Made by a program: the position numbers and the translations under genes. Below the pieces are notes generated by a model that was given only the letters and a program-made list of their open reading frames with translations, had not been told where the DNA came from and searched no databases. Below, piece by piece: positions 30,801-39,541 of a stretch of DNA of 43,538 nucleotides. Source of the DNA: Spirochaetales bacterium (GTDB lineage Bacteria; Spirochaetota; Spirochaetia; JABEVK01); the NCBI GenBank assembly GCA_037142615.1, contig JBAXAI010000031.1, positions 1 through 43,538 on the forward strand, written 5' to 3'. Within the stretch, counting starts at the first letter, position 1. Each line of letters begins with the position of its first letter.

Positions 30801-33341
30801 TTACTGAGCAGTCAACACGATCGCTCCCGTCAGGTAAGAACTTGCCGAAAGAGCGTAGCCAAAGGTCGCGCCGGGGCTGAAGGTTGTAGCTTCGACGTAA
30901 TAGGTGTCCGTAGAGCTAACCAACGGGTTGGGAGCGGCCAGGGTCATCGTGATCATGGAGTCATATGTTCCTCCCGAATCGTCGTTGGCAGCAACTATAG
31001 TCCCCCCCCAACTGTCTTTGTACAAGAAGAGGTAGCTGTCAGATCCCGGTGCAACCATCGAGATCGTCACGGTTTGCGCGGCACTGATCGTGAACGAGTA
31101 CACATCTGCATACGAACCTGTGCGCCCCTTCGACATGTTGTCGGTAAGGGTGATTTGACCCGTGGCTGGGACACCAAAAGTGGCACGCAAGCTGACGGGT
31201 GATGAAGGCATAGTCAGAGTCGTCACGGCACTTCGAGTTCCCGCGACGTAGGCAGAGTCTCCTTGCCAATCGACAAAGGCATACGTGGACGCCGGCGTCG
31301 CCGTCAGGTGAATCACGGTTCCGGCAGGGAACTCTGTTCCCGCTTCCTGAACACTCACCGTTCCGTAGGACAAGTTGGTCGAAATGACGTTCAAGGCATA
31401 AACCGGCACCGCCACCCACTGAGCGTAGAGCGGGACATCAGCCGTTGCATTCGAGGCCATCGTGAAGCTTCCCGCGTTGCTGTAGGCGGTGCCGGAGCCA
31501 TCGGCTTGTGTGTTCCAGCCGGTAAAGACGGTGGCTCCCGAGGGTCCAGTCATATTGGAACCCAACGAAGGCAACGTGGTTGTCGAACCCTGGGCAAGTA
31601 CCAGCGGTGACAGGGAACCTGACCCCGTATTGGCATCGAATACGACTTGATACCGGTAGGTCCACCGTGCGTGCAAAGTGAAGTCGCCAGTTGAGTTAGC
31701 CGGCATGGTGAAGGTCGCCGCGTTGCTGTAGGTCGTGCCGCTCCCGTTGGCTTGGGTGTTCCAACTTGCAAAAAGTGAATAGGGCGCGGTCGAGGGGGGC
31801 GCGAGACCGCTGGACGACGGCAAGGTACCTGAGGTTCCAACTACCAGCGGAAGCGGAGTGAGATCGCCGCTCCCCCCGTTGGGGTCAAACAGGACGCGAT
31901 ACTGGTTGAGCCATTGGGCGTACAAGATCACGTCGCCCGTGGCATTCGAAGCCAAAGTATAATTGCCGGCATCGGCAATGGCCGTTCCCGAGCCATTGGC
32001 GGCGGTGTTCCACCCACCGAAAGCTGGGGCGCCCAACGGTCCCGACATATTGGAACCCAAGGAAGGAAGCGTCGTAGTCGCCCCGACGGCAACCGCTAGA
32101 GCAGTCAAGTTCCCCGTCCCCGTGTTGGCGCCAAAGTTCACTAAATAGCGGTAGGTCCACTTGGCGTACAAGACGACATCACCAGTCGCGTTGGACGGCA
32201 TGGTGAAGGTCGCGCCCTCGGCGTAGTTCGTCCCGTTGCCGTTTGCCAAGGTGTTCCACCCAGCGAAAAGCGACTGGGGTGCCGTCGAAGGCGGCAGCAG
32301 GCCGGTAGGAGGCGTCACGGTTCCGCTCGTCCCGACAGCAAGCGGCAGCGCGGCCACCGAACCGGTACCGAGGTTGGGGTTGAAGGTCACGTAGTACTGA
32401 TTGACCCACTGGGCATACAAGTTAACATCGCGGTCCGAAGTCATGCGGAACGTCGCCCCTACGCCGTAGGAAGTTCCTTTCCCATCCGCCTGGGTGTTCC
32501 ACCCGGCAAACGCCTGGCCGACCGGAGGGCTGAAACTCGCGTTGGGCAAGGCATCGGCGAAGTCAAACGGTAGTGGCAGGTCTGCCATCATACCTTCTCC
32601 GCCGTTGGCGTCGAAAAGCACGAGGAACGAAGGGCGCGAAAGGGCAATGCTGCTGGAGGCAAAATCGTAGACGTGGAGGATTTCGCTGTAGATTCCCAGC
32701 TGTGTATGGTCGTTGTTCGTCAAACGAAGCTGAACCAAGTAGGTACCGCTCTTGAGTTGACCTTCAAAGAGTGCGGTCTTGGCCTGACTGCTCAGTGAGT
32801 ACGTCATGGCCGTCATGCGTCCGGTCGCGTCAGCGAGCGGAGCAGTACCATCGAGTGCAACGTTGGCTATCGCGTCGGGCGAGGCTTGGGACAGGTCCTT
32901 GATCGGCCAGGGGGACAGGACGAAGTCGACCAGACTAGCGGCCTCGCTGAAGTTCAGGGCAATGGAAAACGCCCCTGAGGCCTCTTGGGTGGGAAGAACT
33001 CGGATCGTGACGTCATTGGCGCCCGACACAAGGGTCACTTTGGTGCTCCCCCGCCCGATCAGACGATCGACTGCGTCAAAAGCCGTCACTTCAACGGTCC
33101 ATTCGCCCTCGGCGACGGTGTAGGGCTGGCCTGCCATCACCGGACCCAGGTCAATGTTCTCGCTCCCGTTCACCAGCGTGGCCTGATAGTGTTCTGCGGC
33201 CGGAGCATTGGCCAGAATCGTGCGGGCCTGGGTGCGTGGAAGGTTGAGCGTGAGGGTGGTTCCCAAAAAGGACACAACGGGAGCGCACGACGTAAGAATC
33301 AGCAGGGCCGAAAACAAAGCGGCAAGACGGCGGGAGTTCAT
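30801..33341 (-). CDS. Lipoprotein B2: conserved N-terminal domains, 5 InlB-B repeats, one divergent InlB-B-type repeat, C-terminal PPC domain
   Basis: ATG 33341 overlaps the A2 stop (ATGA); lipobox LTSC; QARTILA; five F(D/N/G)xN..WNTxAxG.G..LxAxW repeats; DSYLFLY..ANDDSGG..YYVEAT. Confidence 0.85.
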   Translation of the reverse strand: MNSRRLAALFSALLILTSCAPVVSFLGTTLTLNLPRTQARTILANAPAAEHYQATLVNGSENIDLGPVMAGQPYTVAEGEWTVEVTAFDAVDRLIGRGSTKVTLVSGANDVTIRVLPTQEASGAFSIALNFSEAASLVDFVLSPWPIKDLSQASPDAIANVALDGTAPLADATGRMTAMTYSLSSQAKTALFEGQLKSGTYLVQLRLTNNDHTQLGIYSEILHVYDFASSSIALSRPSFLVLFDANGGEGMMADLPLPFDFADALPNASFSPPVGQAFAGWNTQADGKGTSYGVGATFRMTSDRDVNLYAQWVNQYYVTFNPNLGTGSVAALPLAVGTSGTVTPPTGLLPPSTAPQSLFAGWNTLANGNGTNYAEGATFTMPSNATGDVVLYAKWTYRYLVNFGANTGTGNLTALAVAVGATTTLPSLGSNMSGPLGAPAFGGWNTAANGSGTAIADAGNYTLASNATGDVILYAQWLNQYRVLFDPNGGSGDLTPLPLVVGTSGTLPSSSGLAPPSTAPYSLFASWNTQANGSGTTYSNAATFTMPANSTGDFTLHARWTYRYQVVFDANTGSGSLSPLVLAQGSTTTLPSLGSNMTGPSGATVFTGWNTQADGSGTAYSNAGSFTMASNATADVPLYAQWVAVPVYALNVISTNLSYGTVSVQEAGTEFPAGTVIHLTATPASTYAFVDWQGDSAYVAGTRSAVTTLTMPSSPVSLRATFGVPATGQITLTDNMSKGRTGSYADVYSFTISAAQTVTISMVAPGSDSYLFLYKDSWGGTIVAANDDSGGTYDSMITMTLAAPNPLVSSTDTYYVEATTFSPGATFGYALSASSYLTGAIVLTAQ

Positions 33342-34066
33342 TGTGGCCCCCTGAGGTCGGTCACCCACAAGTCTTGCGAATAGGTCAGGCCGTCCTTGGA
33401 AACGACAATCAGGATCTTCACGGTGGTCGAGGGGAGTGAGGAGGCGCCGGTACCCCACAGGACGCATTGGGCCTGCCCCGAAAGCTGGGCCTGCCAAACG
33501 CCGTCGAAGTACCACTCGTAGCTCTCGAGGCCCGAACTTGCATTGAGCGAGATCGTGGTATGGGCGCTTGGATCGAAGGTGACAATCTGGTTGAGCACCG
33601 GCAGGTCAGAACCGTCCGAGGAGTTTGTGACGCTGATCGCAGGGGCCGTCGGAAACCCGAAGTCAATGGTCACAGAAAGGGGGTTCGCAGGAGCAACCGT
33701 GATGCTGACGTCGTTGGTCGCGTCAGCCACGAGCGTTGCAACGGCCGTACCAGTCAAGACGATCCCGTTCTGGGAATCGAAGCCACTCACGGTGATCGTC
33801 CAGTCGCCTTCCGTCAAGCCCGGAATATGCGCTGTAGTTTGATCGCTGGCAAGGATTTGTTCGAACGAGGAAGACTCAGGGCCAAGGCCCGTAACGGTCC
33901 AACTGGCTAAGTCAGTCGCCACGAAGCGGGGACTGACGAAGGTGGAAGGCAGGGTCAAATGAACGGCAAGGCTACGGGTCACGACCGAACCTGGCATCAC
34001 GCACGAAAACGCCAGCAGCGAGATGGCGGTGACCAGCACCAGCAAAACCAGTTCAGTTCGTTTCAT
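33338..34066 (-). CDS. Lipoprotein A2 (short class)
   Basis: Lipobox AFSC; SPRFVA; GLGPE..GDWTITVSGFD; YEWYFDG..TYSQD. Confidence 0.8.
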   Translation of the reverse strand: MKRTELVLLVLVTAISLLAFSCVMPGSVVTRSLAVHLTLPSTFVSPRFVATDLASWTVTGLGPESSSFEQILASDQTTAHIPGLTEGDWTITVSGFDSQNGIVLTGTAVATLVADATNDVSITVAPANPLSVTIDFGFPTAPAISVTNSSDGSDLPVLNQIVTFDPSAHTTISLNASSGLESYEWYFDGVWQAQLSGQAQCVLWGTGASSLPSTTVKILIVVSKDGLTYSQDLWVTDLRGPQ

Positions 34067-34140
34067 CGGGAGCCCCCGAGGTTATTCACCTCTATAAACA
34101 TACGCCGAGCGGTGGCGTAAAGCCATAGGTGATTTGGCTT

Positions 34141-34455
34141 TCAGTGCGCCAGGAGCTCCCACCGCGCGTACAACACCGTATCGCCGCTGAGCAACATCTG
34201 GTCTTCGACATCGCGGCCGGTGCCGTCGGCACGGGTATTCCAGCCGGCAAAACGGTAGCCGTCACGAACCAAAAGGTTGTCTTGTTCCACGGGAGCAATG
34301 CGGTTGGGAAAGCCCTGAACCGCGCAAACCAACCCTGCACCCCCGTTGGGATCGTACGAGAGCGTGGGAGGAAGAGCAGTAGCCGGACCACACGAGGCCA
34401 GCAACAACGCGACGACAGCAGACGCAAGAGTCAATCCGACTCGAAGCACACGCAT
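34141..34455 (-). CDS. Small lipoprotein with a single InlB-B repeat
   Basis: GGAGG RBS; lipobox LASC; YDPNGG..RDGYRFAGWNTRADGTG..VLYARW; TATAAT on the minus strand at 34480-75. Confidence 0.78.
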   Translation of the reverse strand: MRVLRVGLTLASAVVALLLASCGPATALPPTLSYDPNGGAGLVCAVQGFPNRIAPVEQDNLLVRDGYRFAGWNTRADGTGRDVEDQMLLSGDTVLYARWELLAH

Positions 34456-34567
34456 GACGAACCTCCATATCATCATTATATCCATAATCTCTGTTTAATC
34501 TAGTTTCTCTACATCTTTTCTGTGGAAAATTCCAGCAATCGTTCCAGGGGCGAACTAGAATGACTCT

Positions 34568-35011
34568 ATGACCTTAGCGGCCAGAACCCTCAATTCGGTT
34601 CTCGACACCTTTCAGAAGAAGGAAGGCATTTGGAAGAGCACCGCGCGCGTTTCGTACTCCCAACTCTACAAGTCGCTTGAGAGCTCCACCGTGTGTTTCG
34701 CGGAATGGGATCCCGAACGAGGTCTGTACTATCTCGACTTTTCAGGCCTCGAAGATGATGCGGTCACCATCGACCTGTTGATGCTCGATTTTTCCGGCGT
34801 GCAGGGCAACGACCATTACCGGTTCGAACTGACCGCAGGGGGTCGTTTGGGCGGGGTTGAACTGCAAACTCACGTCGCGGGTCCTCTGCCCTTCCTTCCC
34901 GAGATCGGGGAATGGATCGAACCCGATTACGAGAACCGCTCACCGCCGCTGACGCTGGAGGCGTGGCAGAGCTACCTGGCCCAGTTGGTGCCCATGACAC
35001 CGCCGTTGTGA
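34568..35011 (+). CDS. Hypothetical protein
   Basis: 147-aa ORF with plausible composition; TAGAAT 6 nt before the ATG. Confidence 0.6.
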   Translation: MTLAARTLNSVLDTFQKKEGIWKSTARVSYSQLYKSLESSTVCFAEWDPERGLYYLDFSGLEDDAVTIDLLMLDFSGVQGNDHYRFELTAGGRLGGVELQTHVAGPLPFLPEIGEWIEPDYENRSPPLTLEAWQSYLAQLVPMTPPL

Positions 35012-35018
35012 GGATGCG

Positions 35019-35378
35019 ATGGACCTGAGCAAGGTGTTTCCCCCCGAGATTGTCGAATGGTTGTTGCACTACGGTCTGTTTCTGGCGGTCTGCCTGTTTG
35101 TCGGTTTGTTGCTTCTGGTGCTGTTCCGGCCGTTCTGGCTGTGGTTCAGCGGTCAGGGCGAGGCCCTCGAACGGCTGCGCCGCCTGGACGACGACCAGCG
35201 TAAAGTGTTGTTCGAGCTCGAAATGCTGAACAAGACCCTCACGATTCCACTCAAAAAGGGCGGCAAACCCAAGGAGGAGGCCCCCCCCGCCCCCCAATCC
35301 ACGCCGGTCGATGCAGGAGAGTTCCTCAAGGCCCTCGAAAAAAACCGCAAGCGGCTTCAGGACAACGACGATACCTGA
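35019..35378 (+). CDS. Small membrane protein (TM + coiled coil)
   Basis: Hydrophobic segment followed by LFRPFWLWFSG and a charged helical tail. Confidence 0.65.
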   Translation: MDLSKVFPPEIVEWLLHYGLFLAVCLFVGLLLLVLFRPFWLWFSGQGEALERLRRLDDDQRKVLFELEMLNKTLTIPLKKGGKPKEEAPPAPQSTPVDAGEFLKALEKNRKRLQDNDDT

Positions 35379-35420
35379 GGGGGTTGTCCGCCATTCCAGC
35401 GGTTTGCTATACTCCCGCGC

Positions 35421-36665
35421 ATGAACAGCGCCCTATCCACCCAAGACCCCGCTTTGTACGGCATGATCCGTGCCGAAGAAGCCTACCAAAAGTCCACCAT
35501 CCGGTTGATTGCCAGCGAAAACTACGTGTCGAAGGCCGTGCTCGAAGCTTCGGGTTCGGTGTTCGCCAACAAGTACTCCGAAGGCTACCCGGGAGCCCGC
35601 TACTACCAGGGCCAAATCAACTGCGACGCCGTGGAACGCCTGGCCATCGAGCGCGCCAAAAAGCTGTTCGGTGCCGAACACGTGAACGTGCAGCCCTATT
35701 CCGGCTCCCCGGCCAACTTGGCCGTGTACTTCGCGTTCTGCCAGCCCGGCGACACCATTTTGGGGCTCAACCTCAGCCACGGCGGGCACCTGACGCACGG
35801 CAGCAAGGTCAGCCTGACCGGCAAGTGGCTCAACGCGGTGCATTATTCCTTGGATGAAAAGACCGGCCTGATCAACTACGACGAAGTGCGCAAACTCGCC
35901 CTCGAGCACAAACCCAAGGTGCTCATCGCGGGCCATTCGGCCTACCCTCGCCAGCTCGATTTTGCCCGCTTCCGGGCCATCGCCGACGAGTGCGGTGCCA
36001 TCCTGTTTGTCGACATGGCGCACATCGCGGGCCTGGTGGCCGGTGGTGCCCATCCCAGCCCCATCCCTTACGCCGACGTGGTGACGACGACCACGCACAA
36101 GACGCTCCGCGGGCCCCGTGGCGCCATGATTCTGTGCAAAGAGGTTCACGCCAAGGCCATCGACAAAGCGGTGTTCCCGGGCCTGCAGGGAGGCCCGCAC
36201 AACGCCACCACGGCTGCCATCGCGACCGCGCTGCGCGAAGCCCTCGACCCGAGTTTCAAGACTTACGCCGCCAACGTGGTCGCCAACGCCAAGGTACTCG
36301 CCGCAGCGCTCACCAAACGCGGTTTCGACCTGATTTCGGGCGGCACCGACAACCACCTGATGCTCATCAACTTGACCAACAAAGGGGTGAGCGGCAAGTT
36401 GGCCGCCGTGGCCCTCGAAAAGGCCGGCATCGTGCTCAATTACAACACCGTGCCCGGCGAAACGCGCAAGGCCAGCGACCCCAGCGGCATCCGCCTGGGT
36501 ACCCCCAGCGTCACCAGCCGAGGCTTTGGCCCCGCCGAGATGGAAAAACTGGCCGTTTGGATGGACCGCGCCCTGCAAGCCGGCGATGACGAGGCCGAAT
36601 TGGCCAAGATCAACGCCGAAGTCGCGGCGCTTTGCGCTCAGTTTCCCGTCCCAGGATTGGACTAA
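35421..36665 (+). CDS. glyA: Serine hydroxymethyltransferase
   Basis: LIASENY, NKYSEGYPG, GGHLTHG, TTTTHKTLRGPRG, SGIRLGTP. Confidence 0.97.
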   Translation: MNSALSTQDPALYGMIRAEEAYQKSTIRLIASENYVSKAVLEASGSVFANKYSEGYPGARYYQGQINCDAVERLAIERAKKLFGAEHVNVQPYSGSPANLAVYFAFCQPGDTILGLNLSHGGHLTHGSKVSLTGKWLNAVHYSLDEKTGLINYDEVRKLALEHKPKVLIAGHSAYPRQLDFARFRAIADECGAILFVDMAHIAGLVAGGAHPSPIPYADVVTTTTHKTLRGPRGAMILCKEVHAKAIDKAVFPGLQGGPHNATTAAIATALREALDPSFKTYAANVVANAKVLAAALTKRGFDLISGGTDNHLMLINLTNKGVSGKLAAVALEKAGIVLNYNTVPGETRKASDPSGIRLGTPSVTSRGFGPAEMEKLAVWMDRALQAGDDEAELAKINAEVAALCAQFPVPGLD

Positions 36666-37600
36666 AGCTTGACGTCGAGGACGATCCGGCCTTTTTTGCC
36701 GTGGTAGGTTTCCAGGTCGTTGGAGTCATCGCCACCTGAGGCCAGGATAACCTTGTAGGTTTCGCCTTCGACGAGCACGGGGTCTTTGGCGTTGCCGTCA
36801 TTGAGCGGCATGCTGAAGGTGATGGTGGTGACGCCGTCGGCGAACGTGGCGTCGCGGGCGGTCAGCACGTCTTTGCCTCCCACCTTGTCTTGCGGGCCGT
36901 GGCGGTCCTTGGCGTAGCCGAAGTGGTCGACCACGGTGCCCTTTCCCTCGAGGGCGAAGCCCAAAATGATATGGCTGCCTTCCATGGTGCCGGTCTTACC
37001 GAAGCCCACGCCCACCCAACCGTTGGCCGCGTAGCTGACGGTCACATCGATGGCATTGTCGTGAATCTTCCACGACATCTTGTAGCCATCTTGAGAAACC
37101 GTCTTGATTCCATCGGTCAGCGGGGTGGCCGTCACGGGAGCTGTGGCGGCCGGGGCGGCGGTGGCCTGGTTGCCGCCAAACACGATTTCGCCGCCGTAAA
37201 AGCCCAGCGCGCTCACCATGAGGGTTCCCAGCAAGGTGAAAATCAGCGGCAACAGAGGTTTTTCCTGACCCTTCTTGAACAGCAGGATATTACCCAAAAG
37301 GACGAGGAACAGCAGACCGGCCAAAACCAGTTTGATGCTGATCTCGACCATTTTGGTGGAGCCGCCGTAAAAGTGCATCCAGTCGATGATTCCCACGGCC
37401 ACGGTGGGGAACCAGAAGATAAAGCCGATGACCGTCAGTTGGCGGCTGGTCTTGTAGAACTCAGGTTTTTTGAAGAAGAACGCCACGGCGGCAAACAGGA
37501 ACGACGCGATGACGGGCCCCACCACCATGGTGATGAGCACGGGGTGAAGGGGGTGTGCGAAGCCGACCAATCCCAATAAGTCGTAGAACAGTTGATCCAT
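36662..37600 (-). CDS. Membrane protein, DUF2231-like TM domain fused to a DOMON domain (probable heme protein)
   Basis: HPLHP + 4 TM helices ending LGFYGGEIVFG; DOMON GWVGVGFG..M..SHIILG..DH..YH. Confidence 0.7.
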   Translation of the reverse strand: MDQLFYDLLGLVGFAHPLHPVLITMVVGPVIASFLFAAVAFFFKKPEFYKTSRQLTVIGFIFWFPTVAVGIIDWMHFYGGSTKMVEISIKLVLAGLLFLVLLGNILLFKKGQEKPLLPLIFTLLGTLMVSALGFYGGEIVFGGNQATAAPAATAPVTATPLTDGIKTVSQDGYKMSWKIHDNAIDVTVSYAANGWVGVGFGKTGTMEGSHIILGFALEGKGTVVDHFGYAKDRHGPQDKVGGKDVLTARDATFADGVTTITFSMPLNDGNAKDPVLVEGETYKVILASGGDDSNDLETYHGKKGRIVLDVKL

Positions 37601-37618
37601 GAGGACCTCCCGCGAAAT

Positions 37619-37674
37619 TATTCCGACTAAAACAGTCGCTTATTGAAGTTAAGATAGGCTTGGGGTCTTGTCAA
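37619..37674 (-). promoter_or_regulatory. Promoter and Rrf2/IscR type-1-like operator upstream of the DUF2231-DOMON gene
   Basis: TTGACA (37674-69) - 17 bp - TAACTT (37651-46); downstream ATAAGCGACTGTTTTAGTCGGAAT containing CGACT-N5-AGTCG. Confidence 0.6.
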
Positions 37675-38531
37675 GGACGGAAATACAGGACGATGAAGAC
37701 CAACGGAAGGTAGATCACCGAAGCCCGCAGCAGGTGGCGCGCGTGTAAAACCTGGCGTGTCCACACCGCCCGGATGCCGAACACCAAGAACAGCCCGCCC
37801 AAACCGACGGCCAGCACAGTGGTGATCCACGTTCCCGTGCCAATCAGCACCGGAACAACCCCCAAGGCGATGAGCAGCACAATGGGGACGACGATTTGCC
37901 AGGCCACGTGAACGCCTGTGGTGTCGACCACCGGCAGAACCTTGATGTCGGCCTTGGCGTAGTCTTCGCGGTACATCATTTCGATCGAAAGGAAGTGGGG
38001 AAACTGCCACAAAAACAGCACGCCGAAAAGCACCCACGCGTACAAGTCGACAGTACCGGTGGCAATGGCCCAACCGGCCAGTGGGGGCGCGGCGCCAGGC
38101 AGCGCCCCGATGGCGGTGTGGTAGGCAGTTTTGTACTTAAGCGGCGTATACAGGGCCAGGTAACTGACCGCGACAAACAGGGCGATGCCGCCGGTCAGCC
38201 AGTTGCCCCACCATACCGAAAGGCCCAGGCCCAACGCGGTGAACAGGGTGCCGAACCAGAAGGCCCTCGCCTCCGAGATTTTGCCGGAAGGAATGGGGCG
38301 CTCGGCCGTGCGAGCCATGAGTTTGTCCTGGTTGCGCTCCATCCAGTGGTTGAGGGCAAAGATGCCGGCACCCAGCGAGCCGACGCTGGCGAAGACCACA
38401 AAAAAGCCCCACAGGGTAAAAAGGGGACCCGAAGCGATGGCGTAACTGGTCAAGGCGACGACCAGCAGCAGGGCCGTGATCCTGGGCTTTGCCAACTCGA
38501 GATAGCCGGCCAGTTCGGTGCGAAACTTCAT
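37671..38531 (-). CDS. ctaB: Protoheme IX farnesyltransferase (heme O synthase)
   Basis: YLELAKPRI, ERNQDKLMARTAERPIPSG, YTPLK, GALPGAAPP, WQFPHF, YREDY; GGAGG RBS before ATG 38531. Confidence 0.93.
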   Translation of the reverse strand: MKFRTELAGYLELAKPRITALLLVVALTSYAIASGPLFTLWGFFVVFASVGSLGAGIFALNHWMERNQDKLMARTAERPIPSGKISEARAFWFGTLFTALGLGLSVWWGNWLTGGIALFVAVSYLALYTPLKYKTAYHTAIGALPGAAPPLAGWAIATGTVDLYAWVLFGVLFLWQFPHFLSIEMMYREDYAKADIKVLPVVDTTGVHVAWQIVVPIVLLIALGVVPVLIGTGTWITTVLAVGLGGLFLVFGIRAVWTRQVLHARHLLRASVIYLPLVFIVLYFRP

Positions 38532-38628
38532 GCAGGTCCTCCAGCACGCCAAGATAGCAGAAATCCCGGTCGTTGCACACCGGGTTGGGGAGGTTGCCCC
38601 GGCACAAGAATTGGACTACGTTACGGGT

Positions 38629-39528
38629 ATGCCGTTCAAAGAACCCGTCCATACCATTGTCAAGGCGATTCTCGACTCGTACACCGAGGTGGGAGGAATC
38701 AACCATCTGGGGGGCAATACCCTGCCGTCGATGGAAGCGGTCGAAATCCTGCTCCGCGACCTGCAGAATCTGGTGTTTCCGGGCTATTACGAGACCTTGC
38801 CGGCAATCGACCGCAAGGAACTGCCCTACGCCACGGCCGAGCACGTATTCCGCGTGGCCAAGGGGCTGATCAGCGAGGTCGACAAGGCGCTCAGCTTTGG
38901 CCGGCAACCCGACGACTGCACCAACTCCGAGACCGCGGTGTTCGCGCTGCTGAAGTCCATCCCCGACATCCGCCTGGCGATGAAGGAAGACGTGTCGGCC
39001 ATGCTCGACGGTGACCCCGCCGCCACGTCGGGCGAAGAAATCATCCTCGCCTACCCAGGCATCGAGGCCATTTTGGTGCACCGGCTGGCCCATGTGCTGT
39101 ACTTGCAACGGGTTCCGCTCATTCCCCGCATGATGAGCGAGCTGATCCACCGGAAGACCGGCATCGACATTCACCCAGGGGCCACCATCGGCAAGCGGTT
39201 CTACATCGACCACGGCACGGGCATCGTCATCGGCGAAACCTGCGTGATCGGCGATGACGTCAAACTCTACCAGGGCGTCACGCTGGGAGCGCTTTCGGTG
39301 AAAAAGCGCACCGCCAGCAAAAAGCGCCACCCGACCATCGAAGACCACGTGACCATCTACGCCGGGGCAACCATTCTCGGCGGCGAAACGGTGATTGGGA
39401 GGCTCAGCACCCTCGGGGGCAACGTCTGGATCACCGAATCGGTGCCAGCGGCGTCGATCATTCTGAACAAGCCGCAAGAACACCTGGTGGCCCAGCGCGA
39501 CCTCGGAGCGTCCAACTACTCGATTTAG
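38629..39528 (+). CDS. cysE: Serine O-acetyltransferase (long form)
   Basis: DGDPAA..EIILAYPG, HRLAH, TGIDIHPGATIG, IDHGTGIVIGET, KRHPTI. Confidence 0.9.
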   Translation: MPFKEPVHTIVKAILDSYTEVGGINHLGGNTLPSMEAVEILLRDLQNLVFPGYYETLPAIDRKELPYATAEHVFRVAKGLISEVDKALSFGRQPDDCTNSETAVFALLKSIPDIRLAMKEDVSAMLDGDPAATSGEEIILAYPGIEAILVHRLAHVLYLQRVPLIPRMMSELIHRKTGIDIHPGATIGKRFYIDHGTGIVIGETCVIGDDVKLYQGVTLGALSVKKRTASKKRHPTIEDHVTIYAGATILGGETVIGRLSTLGGNVWITESVPAASIILNKPQEHLVAQRDLGASNYSI

Positions 39529-39541
39529 CGCCGGCTCGGTT

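Noticed and set aside
33342-33515. ORF-track N-terminal extension of B2 (likewise those of azlD, cysE, the NrdG-like gene and the PAS kinase)
   Set aside because: They overlap neighbouring genes; downstream starts give proper signal peptides, RBS/-10 spacing or stop-start coupling
24236-34066. Shufflon or phase-variable inversion among the oppositely oriented lipoprotein cassettes
   Set aside because: No site-specific recombinase in the window, and I could not see shared nucleotide-level crossover repeats; the paralogues are highly diverged. A dot plot would settle it.
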